From the NCBI RefSeq assembly GCF_009914755.1, contig NC_060925.1: a DNA stretch of 64,000 nucleotides. One strand, given 5' to 3'. Origin of the DNA: the human T2T-CHM13v2.0 reference genome, Homo sapiens. Position numbers and translations under genes: made by a program. Shown here in pieces: positions 31,001 through 45,177 of the stretch. Every line of letters begins with the position of its first letter. The first letter of the stretch is position 1. The notes beneath the pieces are model-generated. The model saw only the letters and a list, made by a program, of their open reading frames with translations. It was not told where the DNA came from and ran no database searches.

Positions 31001-33245
31001 CTTTAACTTTTTGTGAGCTCTGTTTTGGGTTGACTAGTTGCCTGGAGTACATTTTAAAATCATCTTAACATTTTGATTATCAGTACCAAATCATTTACAA
31101 AGTACCTGTGTTGGAAGGCTATCTAATACTGTCTTGCATTTTGTAAATTCAACTTATAAGAAATAAAAGAACAGTACTGGAAACATACTAGAAGTTTAGT
31201 TTTTAAAACTTATTTATTTAGTTACTACAGAGGTAATGGAAGAAATAATACTATGAAATAAAATATATTCTGATAAAACAATAGGAAATAATATTTTAAT
31301 CAAATAGAGCTAATGTCATTCAAACACATTAAAATTGCTAACATATTTTGAGCACTTATGGTATACCAAGCATGGTGCTAAGCCCTTTATTATCTCATTC
31401 AATTTTCACAACAAATTTGTAAAATAGACATTACCTGTTTCTTAATTGTTATACAAATATTAGTATAGATGTTTGATAAAGAATGAATAGTTATCTCAAT
31501 GTAAGGTTAAGCATAAAATAAAAACAGAGCTATTTCATCGTTGATTGTTTGCTAAAAATCAAGTGAAACTCAGAGCCAATATTAAGATTAATTTTTTTAT
31601 GTTTTCTTTGATAAAACTCATTTGTTTGCTTTTTGAAATGTATTTCATTTTAAAGCTATTCCACAGGACGACTTTTGTTAAACTAATTATTTTAAAGAGT
31701 GGCATATTTTCAGTTTTTGATATGCGAAAGATATTTGAATCATTAAAAAAACTGGCTGTTTTGTAGGTTCATTCAATAAATAGGTAAACTGTCAGGTAGC
31801 TTCCCTAAGTGGGCTGTCATGTTATTTCATTTATTTTTATTATTCAAACTCAAATTAACTTTGCAGTTTCACGATTTATCTATTGTGAATCTGAACAGTT
31901 AAGTAGGACAGAAGAAAAGGTGCAGTTCCATTAAGCTCTAACATATCATTGGCTGTCAGGTAAGCCTTGTTATGCTGTCCATCCTCATTTAACTATCCCA
32001 CAAGATCTCTTAATGAAGTTAAGCCCCAAGTTCACTCCAATAATTCTGTAGCAACAGTTTGTGCATTGTAACAATTCATCACTTGTCAGGAAGGCACTTT
32101 TAGTTTATACATTTAATAAGGGCATCCTCTAGCTTGGTTAATTAGAAGTGAACAGTTTGCATATTTACTAAATGCGGAGTGTCATTGCCACCACGGCCTA
32201 TTGCCTACATGAATTATTTCTCTATCTGCAGTAAACAGCTGGGTAATTATTACTGCCATAATCAGATAAATTCCCTCTGTAAGGCTTTTCTTACATGGCA
32301 ATTCTTTGAACTCATCCAAAGCTGAACAAAATTTATGAACTCCAGCAGCGAGGCCACTTTTTCATACTATGGTGTCCCTGTTCCCTATTTCAAGGACATG
32401 AGTAGAGCACCATAGATATTGTGTAAATAAGGAGAGTAAATATGATTACCTCAAGATAACATTTCAGTAAACCTCATTTTAAAAACATAATATTACGATC
32501 TCAGCCAAGTAAATGATAGCATTTTACCTTTATCTAATTTTATGTTGATGACAGGTTCTTTTATAGTAAAGTCTATCCCAAAGAGTTAAAGAAAACAACA
32601 TTTCAGTTTTCAAGAAACAAATTAGTCTGTAATGTTAACTGTAAGTGTAGCTTATTTTCTGTAGAATCATTTTATATATCAAGATACAATAATTATAGTA
32701 ATTAATTTGGTAGAAATTATATAATAACACAAGCCAGGGTGTCCAACATAAAATGTAGAATATATTCTTTGCCTTAAAAACAGTCTGCCATTTATTCATA
32801 ATTACTAGTTAATGACATAATCCATGTAATCACTTTAAAATATGGAATGATATTAACTATTTGATCACAGTCTTTTCACATGCTATATTTTAACAAGAAT
32901 GTACTACCTTTTACAATTTGGCATTTCAAAATATTTAAAAACAAAATACACAGAAAGGAAAAAATGCTTCAGTCCCAAGAAGGAATTAACAAAAGGAAAA
33001 AGCTCATTATGTGGGTATTTCAATTTAACTCTTTCCACAATGAATTTCAAGCAGTTTACAAAGGACATGGGGACCACAGTAAAGGAAAATATAGATATGA
33101 TGATGCTAATGGTATAATTGATCAGGGAAGATGATTAGTTAAGTATGTCCCATTAACAAAATGGAGAAACATTACTGCATATGCCAAGAAACAGTTTTTT
33201 CTAGCACTGATCCTGAAAGAAATTTTACATATAAGTCCTCAGTAG

Positions 33246-33589
<344 letters not shown>

Positions 33590-34119
33590 AAGTTTTTGTT
33601 TGTTTGTTTGTTTTCAAATACAAAAAAGCAGTCTGAATTTCAAATCCTTCTTTTTTGTAGTGATCTTTAGAGGAAAAAAAAATTCCTGGGGAATGTACTA
33701 AAATATTACTCATTTGAAAGTAAAAGACTAAAATAGTGTTAGTCCATGGACTTAGCCTTACGGTTGTCCAGCTTTGAGGAACGGATGGACTTGGAAGTTC
33801 TTATCTCTCACTTCTCTTACCTGATTTTTTGATAGACGATAAAAGAAAGTTTCTTTTTTTAAAAAAACTCTGTGATAGGGATTGAGAATGCTATTTTTCA
33901 TATTGCCGATTTTGAGTAGATTTATCTCAGATGCAGATGCTTGATATATTAATAATATGTAAACTTTTTAGTCACATTTTATGATATGTTTACATTATTA
34001 TGAAACTCTATTGAGAAAATGTTATTAGTGCTAAAAGTCATTTATATGTAATACTGTCCTGTGGACTATTTTGGCCTTCATCTTATTTTATCTCTTTGAA
34101 GCATAAAGGCACTGTAAAC

Positions 34120-34700
34120 CACTTTCTTCTCTTCTCTTATAATTTAATTCTCTGATACCACTTTCTCTTGGTTTCCTTTCTCCATTTCTAATGGTTTCTT
34201 CTCTGCATTCCTTGTGTACTCTATTTGACCTTAAATATTAGTGTAGTGTACCCTCCTCGATGCATTTACCTTTTCATTGTACACTCTATAGATGATCACT
34301 TTCACTTCTGTGACTTCTGCTAGCACTTGTGTGATGATTCATAACTCCAAGTATTCTTCCACCGAGACCTCTATCTTGATTGTTTTAACCATCTATTCAA
34401 ATGCCTGCTATCATTGCCACTTGGACATCCCACCAACATCTCAAGCTGAGCACGTTTAGATAAAATTATTTCCCCAAACCTCTTCCTCTTTCTATGGTAA
34501 ATTGAACCATTCTTCATGTAGGCACCCAAGCCAGGAACATGAGATTTTCATTCTAAAAATTCTTCTCTTTATTGGTGGCCAAGCCCTATCAATTCTTTTC
34601 CTAGCTCTCCTCATAAGTCTGTTCTCCCTACTGCTGCCTTAATGATCTTTCTGAAATATAAATCTGATCACCATAATCTGTTTATTTCCTTCCTTTTCAT
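34120..34700 (+). mobile_element. L2
   Basis: ccactttctcttggtttcc...aatgcctgcta...cacttggacatcccaccaacatctcaagct...tgatctttctgaaatataaatctgatca. Confidence 0.8.
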
Positions 34701-35150
34701 TATCCCATAGTAAAAGATGACCTAGAGGTTCTAGAAACATGTGAAATATAAACACTGGGATTACATTTTAGAGTATATTCTTGGCATAAGAATTAAGCAA
34801 ACCCAAAATGAACACTTGAATCATATTGTTTAACAGTTTTAATACTAAAAAATGTGAATCTTTGGATAAGAATGTTAACATGTATTTTAGATATAATATT
34901 AGCATAGAATGGGAATTCATAGAACATATGTATACCTAAATAAACTGAAATTTTAGGATAAATAGGAAATTGTGTAGTGATAACCTACTACAAAAAAAGC
35001 AAATTGATAAAGAATCATTTATTTTTAAATCACTTTTTAATTACCCCTTTGTAATGCTTGACAGCTTTTTCCATTTCCTTTCCTTCTAAATCTATCCTTT
35101 TCCCCTCTTGGAGTTGACAATGAAAAGAATGGAGACAGAAAATTACTCCA

Positions 35151-35153
<3 letters not shown>

Positions 35154-35194
<41 letters not shown>
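35154..35194. repeat. (TC)20 microsatellite
   Basis: Direct reading. Confidence 0.97.
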
Positions 35195-35199
<5 letters not shown>

Positions 35200-36469
35200 A
35201 CCACTATTTTGTAATAGTTTCTTATCCAACAATAAATGGGATGGCATTCCCTGTGGCATTCATATAAAAATGATTTCCAAGATCAGCTGTAAAAGAATTG
35301 CTCAATAAATAGTTTCCCAAAACTCATTAGATAATTTCTGAAACTACATGTAGCATACTGCTTTAAAATATGTTGACATCATCCTATGGTATGTTATTAC
35401 TGCTTTATGTTAGCCTCAAGATTAGTTGAGAGATGTCCCTTGTCTGTGTTTAGTGGATTGCATGCAAAAGCAGCAGCAATTATTTTTGCTTTAAAGTGAG
35501 GTTAACACATTTTAAATGAGAGACAATGTGTGATGTTTGAGTAAACACAAAATAAACAAGATCGTGAAACTCTTTTTATATGAAATGGGAACTGTAGCTA
35601 CCTCAATTCTGAACTCTACCCAAAACATAAATTTAGTGGGTTGATCCTCCTCCTCCACAGCTGAATCACTGTGAAGATGGGCAATGGAGAGAATATGATA
35701 TGCCTTCATCTATCTTTATGCAGGAAAGCCCCCATGCTGTGTCTCAAAGTCACAATCTGTAAAGTCATTTTATTTCACAAAGATGAACAGAGACCTTGTT
35801 AATAATATCTGCCCCCTACCAACCTTAGTAGAATGTTGTGAGGCTGAATTAATATCTGAAAGCATTTGGAGCCCGAAAATAATGTACCATATAAATATAT
35901 TTTATTATTATTGCTATTATTGTAGTTATGTCATTATTAATTATTTGACATCACGCATATATAAAATTTTACTTCCTTTTACAGCAACTCTCTAGATGAT
36001 AAAAAGAAAATAATTTTACTGTGAAATATGTGCATATTTTTAGAAAGAATACTATACAAAAATTCTTTTCAACCAAGTTGATTCAAAAATGCCAGAAGCA
36101 GAAAAAAAAATGATTTTCATGAATGATCTTTGAATGGAGTCTTATTGCTTTTTATAATCATGCAAAGCAGGTAAATGAAATAATAGAGCAATTGGACAAT
36201 CCCTTTGTATGATCATACTAAAGTCATGGTATTGTAATTTTATAACATTGACCATTATCATCTTTTATACTTTTTTCATTCTCAAACTGTCTTGTCTATA
36301 GAGAATAAATTTACTAGCATTACTCTTAGAGAGCCCATTTATGTGTGGCCAGGAAACCTTTCTTCTCAAAAGTGCATTTCTGTCCTTTGCTGTTGATGGT
36401 CAAAGCCTACCGAAGAGAGCAAGAGTTTCTAGTGAATGATCCAGTCTTATTTCAACACTGCTCCTCTGT

Positions 36470-36755
36470 ATCCCTGCTCTCTCTACTTAGTGAAAACTTG
36501 CTCGTTGTTCAGTTCCCAACTCCAATACCATCACCTCCATGAAACCTTTTCTGATCCATCTAATCAGAAGTGAGCCCCCTGAACTTAAGCACTACGTATG
36601 TATTTTTTTCACTGACTTATTTTCTACATTCTGATAAATTATCAGCTATTTTGTTTGTAACCTACTTGAAGGCAAGTACTACGGTTTAAACGTCTTTATT
36701 TCTCTAAATATCTTAAACATATTTGTGAATACCTGCTTGAATAAACAAATGAGTG
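36470..36755 (+). mobile_element. L2 3' end
   Basis: atcacctccatgaaaccttttctga...tgtaacctacttgaaggcaag...gaataaacaaatgagt. Confidence 0.7.
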
Positions 36756-37454
36756 TTAATTCTCTACATGATATTAACTCTTAAAATAGCTTAGATATTT
36801 TTGAAGAGAAACTCTTCTATACTGCAACAAAAGATTTTGTAACTAAACATTTTCCTTTCATTTTTTAATGAGAGGACCTTTCTGAATGTTTTTAAAATGT
36901 TAAAGTTTCAACTCTATATTTCAGAATAAGGTGTGAAACTCAGGCGCAACCTGAGTGCTTGAGTTAATGACTATGTGCTACAGAATATTTCATTTTAAAT
37001 GTATTTTCCCTTTGTGAAGGGCTGCCCTAATGGAATTTGCAACACCTGTCATACAGATCCGGGGAGTAGGTAACCAGTAGCAAAATAAGGTAGATAAAGT
37101 AAGTGGTGTAAGTTGTTTGACTGACTTAAATTTTGTTTCTAATGGGAATATTTTAGGTATCTTAATAACTTCCAGATAATCTATTCCATGGTTTTATCAC
37201 TCACAAAATATTTTTAAATGTCAAACCCAGAATCCTAGCATTTAAATGACTTTTTTATGGTTAGTATTTTTATTGTATTTTAGACTTAGCATTCTCTTTT
37301 TTCTTTTATGGCTTACTTATTTGGTTAAATTAATGTGAACATATTCAGAGCAGACAATTGTTAGAGATGAAATGTAAATACATTCAATAAATTTAACTAA
37401 AACACTTTTATGCCAAATACACCACAGCAGAAACTAATGCCATTTGACTATTTT

Positions 37455-37586
37455 AATTTTTTTAATTTTTTGGAGACAGGGTCTTACTATGTTGCTCAGG
37501 CTTGTCTTGAGCTCCTGGGTGCAAGTGAAGCTCCTGCCTCAGCCTCCGGAATAGCTGGTATTACAGGTGTGTGCCACCACACCCAT
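37455..37586 (-). mobile_element. FLAM
   Basis: Single Alu monomer gagacagggtcttactatgttgctcaggc...ccaccacacc. Confidence 0.85.
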
Positions 37587-37916
37587 GACTGTTTTTATTT
37601 TGAAGGCATCTTACAACAGAAGCACACACTGACTTTACTTGCCATGAAAACAGAATAAGGACAGTAAAAAGTTGTTTAAATCCATTTCGTTAGAATTTTA
37701 TTTTTTCTTAAAGATGGTGCAGATGATGGCATTTTGTTTTTATTTAAGAAATCTATGTAGTATTTTTTATTAGCAGTTGACTCTGCAGCTTTAGGAATTT
37801 GTGTTTTTAACGCAGTCTGGATGTAATTATTTGTTTCTTTGTCAAAATTATGATTTTTGTGGAATTATTGTGAAGTACATATTGTGTCTTCTTTGTAGTA
37901 TATCATAGACCACCTC

Positions 37917-38046
37917 AGGGTTCCACCTCCAGAATGTTTAATTAAGCCAGTCTGAGGTGGGGTCTGAGAAAGTGCATTTTTATTAGTTCCAAAGTGAAGT
38001 TGATGCTGCTGGTCCAGGGACCACACTTTGAGACCCACTAACCTAG
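37917..38046. mobile_element. MER5A-like hAT-Charlie DNA transposon fragment
   Basis: tgatgctgctggtccagggaccacactttgag. Confidence 0.85.
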
Positions 38047-38268
38047 GCAAAGAGCTGGAGTTCTGGTTCTACCCCCGCTTCCCAACAGAGGACTTTCACA
38101 ATGTAGTTTCTTCTCTCTCCTAATTAAACCATCAGGAGTGATGAAATATACTAGTCAACTGAGAAATAGTTAAAGAGGATGCTGGCACCAAGTTCGTACT
38201 AGGTATTACACCAAGTGTTTTGGGAGGGGCACATCAATGAATAAACATTATTCTTGACCTTCAGGACC

Positions 38269-38619
38269 GGTCTTAGTCAGTTTGGGCTGCTGTAGCAGAA
38301 TTCCAGAGAGTGACTAAACAAGAGAAATTTGTTTCTCACAGTTCTGGAGACTGGAAAATCCAAGACAGGTGCCAACATATCCATCTGGTAAGGGCACTCT
38401 TCTTTGTTTGCAGGCAGTTAACTTCTCCTTGTGTCCTCACAGAGGGAGAGCATCTTTCTCATGTCTGTTTTAAATCCCATGGCACTAATCCCATTCAATG
38501 GGGGCTCCACCTCCATAATTGAATTACCTCCCAAAGGCCCCACCTCCAAATGCCATCACATTTAGGATTTAGGCTTCAACATGTGAATTTGGGGGAACTC
38601 GAATATTCAGCCTATAGCA
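38269..38619 (-). mobile_element. MLT1A-like solo LTR inserted in an L2 fragment
   Basis: gtcttagtcagtttgggctgct...tctcacagttctggag...acctcccaaaggccccacctccaaat...cctatagca; perfect 5-bp TSD ggacc. Confidence 0.9.
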
Positions 38620-39459
38620 GGACCTTAGCATTCAGGAGGGAGAGTTAGCAAGTCATGCATGCATACCTACAACTATAATGTGTTGCAGAAGGTAATGGAC
38701 ATATTAAAGAGAAATAAAGGATTCATAATCAGTATTACAGTGGGAGCAACTAAAGATTAATTTTTGTTGAGGGGATCTATGAAGCCTTCTTACAGGAAAC
38801 GATGGAGGTTTTGTGTTTTTTGTTCTTGACTTAAAAAGAAGAGACTATAAAAATTATAAAGATTCTGTTTTTAGTATTATAGTTTGAAATGAACAAGAAA
38901 AGCAAAAAGAATGTGACCATCTTATTAATAATTTTTATTATGGTGAACAAAGCATTTAATGAGTATACTGAGCAAATATTGAACTGTATATAATTGAGTC
39001 ATTTATATGTTACATAACATACATATTATATATTAATATATTTATTAGGATTATGAGTTTAGATTTTTTATCTTATATCACTTGTGGAAATAATATAATT
39101 TTGAGCAGAGTGCTCTTTTTCCTCAAAAATATTTTATAGAAATATATTATTTTTCTCCTTTGGTACAGACATTAGACAAAATCAAGAAACAGTTTAAAAA
39201 GAAAAAATGTAACAAGGAAAAGAAAATCTGCAATGCAAGAAAACATGAATTATTACATGATAGGAAGTAATCATTACCTTTCATTTGGGCTCGGGATTGA
39301 GCAGGATTATATACTTGTTTTTGCAGTCACTTCTCTCTAGTTCTTATCATCATTCATAGACATAAACCTACACACTTATATGGAGACAGTAGTCTTTTTA
39401 AAATGTTTGCTTATTCATTCAAATAGACATGGGCAACATAGACATACTCTTTATTTTTA

Positions 39460-39780
39460 CAGTTTGCAGTCTAGTAGGGAAGACATATATTAAACAAATA
39501 TATCCATAAATGTATGATTGTAAATTTTATTAAGTTATATGGAAGAAAAACAACATTATGATGTTTATGAGTGAAAAGAACAGTGAAAGGAGAATTCAGG
39601 TTGCTGTAGAGGAAATCCACATCAGAAAGTAAATACAATTTAAGTGAAGGTAGAAATAAATGGTTTGCTAGGAAATGAAATACAGCCATTGTGACTGAAG
39701 CATAGTGATCCTGGGAGAGAGCAACATGAAGTGAGAGGGAGAGAGAAGCAGGGACCAATGCTGAAAGGCCTTGTAGGTTT
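39460..39780 (-). mobile_element. L2 fragment
   Basis: agtttgcagtctagtagggaagaca...aaggccttgtagg. Confidence 0.6.
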
Positions 39781-40162
39781 GTATTGTGTGTTAGTTGTAT
39801 TGTGCCAAATAGCTTCTAAGCATCTTTCAGCTTCAGTCTCTTTTATACATTAATGTTGTACATTAGAATTATTTACTTGCTCAGAAAATAGCAAATGGAA
39901 AACATATTTTAAGGAAAATAAGACATTTGTGGTGGCAAATGCAAAGGTCTGTGTATTTCATGGCCACACAGAGCTACCTGGTTATGATCTTACGATCTGG
40001 TGATGAAAGAGTAGTGACAGTTCATTGAAATCATTCTAAAACAGAGCAGCTTCTTCCATTTGCGTGCTTTGGAAAACTAATATATGTAATACAAAGCTAC
40101 CTCTTCAGAAAAAAAAGTCCTATTGATAGCTAAATACAATACTGAATTTAGGCAACATGAGT

Positions 40163-40350
40163 ATAGTATTGTGGTTAAAGGCAAAGATTTTGGAGTCAAA
40201 CCCAGATTCAAATTCTAACTCTGTCACTTTCTGGATGTAGGAGTTTGGGCAGAGATTTAATCTCTGTGAGTATCATTTCCTCATCTGTTAACTGAGTGTA
40301 ATAATATCTGCCCCACAGGACTATGAAAGTATTAAATGAGATGATATCTA
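40163..40350 (+). mobile_element. MIR (3' end resumes at ~41480-41530)
   Basis: agtattgtggttaaaggcaaagattttggagtca...tttcctcatctgt...attaaatgagat. Confidence 0.85.
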
Positions 40351-40800
40351 TGTCTTAGCCAGGAACCTCTTGAAAGCAGAACATAAATAGAGGATTAAAG
40401 TGCTGATACTTTGGGTGGCTCAATACCAGCTCAATGATGGTTAGAAAAGGGGGTCATAGATGGAAGTGTCATAGATGGAAACAACTCTCAGACAGTGATT
40501 TGGTGCATGAGATTTATTGGGGAGCAACATCTTTAAGGGAAGGGAGGAGGGAGGTTGAGAGAGAAGTTGAATTGTACCAGGAGGTCTCAGCTCTGCTGTT
40601 TGGATGGCCCTTTATATTGGTCCCAAACTGAGACAAAGGCTCTGGGCCTATATACTCTGTCAATCCCGTCATTGATTGAATCCAGGCTGGGGGCAGGATA
40701 ACAAAACCTACCTGGGGCAGGGCAGCTGATTTTCTCCAGTGAGATATAGTTATGAACAGTCAGCAGACAGCACTCCTGGCAGCTGGAACTTTGGGTTTGG
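40351..40800 (-). mobile_element. Old ERVL LTR (LTR16-like)
   Basis: tgtcttagccagg...aaacaactctcagacag...gatttattgggga...ggatggccctt. Confidence 0.5.
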
Positions 40801-40905
40801 TTCTGTAGGGAGGAATGAGGCATTATGAGCTCCTGCAGTCCTGGCCACTGCTTCACAAAGAGCCCCATAGTGATGCAACATAGTTCAGCAGATATGCTTG
40901 TTGTC

Positions 40906-41268
<363 letters not shown>

Positions 41269-41529
41269 TAGTAGGTGGAGGACAGGGAAAGGAGAAATTT
41301 ATTTGCATGGTTCTTTTCTGTCTCCTATTTTCCAGTTATCAGGGTTTACCCCATGCCTCTTAGGAACTCATATTCCATGCTCTATATTGTGTAATTTCAT
41401 TCCACAAAGTGCACTCTCATCCGGAGAGAGAAAGGAGGAGACCACCAAGGGAATTAGAGAAAGCATATCCAGTTGAGTAGATAAAGCATGTAGCCTAATA
41501 CTTGGCTCATAGTAAATGTTCAATAAATA

Positions 41530-42095
<566 letters not shown>

Positions 42096-45053
42096 CTATT
42101 ATTATTATTGCTATCATTATTAGAATATGTAAATACTTTATTATCCCTATGAATATCATTGGCAAAATACATTCAAATATGTAAAGCTTTGCAAAAGTTT
42201 CAGTAATTTTTATCTTTATTTTAAAACTATATCAGAAAATGTTTTATAGATATGAAAACAGGGCAGAGAGTCTTGGAACTTATTCAAGTTTCTTTATATG
42301 GTAGAAGACAGGATTATAAGATAAAGGAAATATGCATGGCTAATTTAATAAAAATATATTTGGCATAATATTTCTTGTGTCAGGAAGATGACAGCCTGGT
42401 CTGGAGTTAGAAAATATGCAAACACAGAGATTCTAATTCCATTTCTGCCATTAACTTATTTGTTAATCACAGTAGGTCATTTAATCTCTTTATGTGTTTC
42501 TGTATTTGCAAAATAGAGTAATTAGTAAAAGCTATGCCATATATATCACAGGATTTTTTTTTGAGGATAGAAATGAGAAAATACATCTGAAATGTAAAAT
42601 CAGAAAAACAACCTATCTAAATGTCTTGGAAGTACTGCATTTAACAAATCTCCAGATTAAAAATATAGGTAATTTTTATAATTTTGTAGGGAATCCTAGT
42701 TAGAATGGTTTCCATCCTTTTATTTTTAATGAGATCATAATTTTTATTGCATCCTGCACACTGAGAAATATCTTCACCCTACTGCTATAACAAAAATGTA
42801 TATATCAAGAATAATTTATTTAGCAATTCCTACTTCATCATTTAACAAAGAATGTTTGACATAAATATTACTGTCTTGTTCAGTATATCCACACACACTC
42901 AAATATTACAAGAAATCAATTTGGAACCTAAGAATTGACTTTTTTCAATAATTGGATGAATTTATTAAATTAACTACTTTTGTGTTTTGAGATTACACAC
43001 TTGAGTGTTTCCTAAGTGTTTTCTTTATATGCTGGAAAGTAACTTTCTTTTCCATTATCTCGCAGTTTTTGTTCACTGTGCCATGCCACTGTATACATAC
43101 TGTTTTTATTTTACATTTCCATATTCTGAAGATGAACTGTTTTTACTACTTAAAATAACTTACACTTTTGATTTTGTATCCAAGTTCTATGTACATCTTT
43201 GTACCTTACCCGTTCATATATGTTTTCAATTATATTAGGCCTTTCTTCTTATATAAGACCTTTTCATATTTATTAAATTATTTATAGAGCAGAAACTTCT
43301 TTATAGATTTTTTATTTTTATGATTGCTTAGAAAATTACTGTACTTATATTTAGCATAATATGAAATTGGATACATGCATTTCTGAGTAATTATCTTTAT
43401 AGTGGTAGTTCTCTGGTTAATTTTTATTTTTTTCATAATATCAATAGTAAAGATTAAAATTAATAATGTATTTGCTTTTTAATGTAACATGTGATTGTTA
43501 TTTTTCCCAGCAAAAGTTCTTATTTAGTCATATGTAACTGCCTTGAAATTTGTACTTTAAGGACAAAGAAAGGTCACCAATCCCTCTAACTCCTGGTTCT
43601 TTGTCAAAAATGGACACAGTTAATGAGGTTTGTTTGGTACAGAACAAATTCTCAGACACAGATAGAGATCCTTTCAATGGAAACAAATTTGTTTGGCTTT
43701 ACCAGGTTACTTAGCGATTAATAATAGCCTTGAGATGCAGGTCAGAGAGGTCATTGTACCAGCTTGCCAACACAATCTAAATGTGCAGCTAGCCTGGCTC
43801 TGTGGGCGCAGAAGCCCCCAAAATACTATGCATAAAGTAAAACAGGCTATTTCCTGACTCCTTTTTTCATATTAATAAGCAATTTTCAAGAGAAGGTGGC
43901 AAAATGGGGGCCATGCCACTCCAAGTAATTCATTTATTTTGCAATTTAATCTTACGTTGAAAAAAATTGCTCAGCTGCAATAGCATAGCTTGGTGATTTT
44001 TAAACGTCAGTGTGTTTCATAAGTAACCTTGTATGAAGTATTGTATTAGTGGCCTTTAACAGAAAATTGCAACAAAAATATTTCTAGACATTGAAGTAGA
44101 AAGGAGAATCTTTTATTTTTTGAATATTTTTCCTCTGCTTTCCTCAGATACCTTTGAGAAAAATGCTCAGATGATTTATTTAAAACTTTACTTACAGAAC
44201 TAGACACTAAGTTACTTACCTACTTTTTTAAAAAAGTATAGTACAATTTCAAAACATTATTTTAACACAAATAGTTAAATTTTTCCTTGAAAATAAAGGA
44301 TTTTTCTCCATATTTGATATCATAATCTGTTTAGCAGATGTTTTCACATAGTATACTTAAAAGCTTATTTTTTGTTTATATTTCTTAGATACACATAAAT
44401 AATGAAAAGTTTCATTATTTTAATAGAATTTATTATACTTAGAAAAGACTTGCACTTTCTCACCTAATTTAGCTTTTATTCGAATTATCTGTGTAATTGG
44501 ACAAAATGTCAACCTTTGAAGTGCAAGATAATATATGTAATCTTATTGGTATTATTTGAAGTGTCAACTGAAGTAAACCTACAATAAATTAAGTATATGT
44601 ATAAAACCTGTCACATTTTAAAAATTAGGCCATTAGTTAGTAGGCAAAATAAATGATTAGAGATTTGAAAATACAAACCCAAAATGTAAGGGAAAACAGT
44701 AGCACAGATGCTTTCTTGGGATATTTAAGTATGTCCAAAAAAGTTAATCTTAAAGCAAAAATACCCTGATAATTTAGTAAGACACTTACTTTGCATTTGA
44801 TGTATTTTCTCAGCTTTGAATTAATTATAAATATACTCATTTGATCTCAAAAACTTAATCACTGAAAAGTCACATAAATGCTTTCTAAATATTGCAAAGA
44901 TTCATGTAGAAAATGCAGGTAAGATAGATTACACCACTGATTTGGATGGATATGGATGATGGTTGCCCCTCAAAAAAACTGATTTATCATCAGTGAAAGA
45001 ATTAAAATGTTAACACATAGTATCATAAATAACTGCAGATGGTTTTGATGCAG

Positions 45054-45177
45054 GAAGGCATTGGAGGAGTTTGCAGAAATGAAAGAAAGAGAAGAGAAGA
45101 AGGCTAACCTCGAAAGGGAAGAGAAGAAAAGAGATTACCAAGCCCGAAAGATGCATTACCTCCTCAGCACAAAGCAG
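45054..45177 (+). CDS. SPATA17: Internal coding exon of spermatogenesis-associated protein 17 (IQ-motif protein), probably exon 6
   Basis: Acceptor tgatgcag|G at 45053/45054 and donor CAG|gttggt at 45177/45178. 124 nt, with one base completing a split codon followed by 41 open codons: KALEEFAEMKEREEKKANLEREEKKRDYQARKMHYLLSTKQ. Purine-rich coding composition. The peptide matches my recollection of human SPATA17 (...NDAIR-KALEEF...STKQ-IPGIY...). Confidence 0.92.

Noticed and set aside
32880-33134. Two overlapping A-rich ORFs in non-repeat DNA
   Set aside because: Short, without splice signals or recognisable protein similarity.
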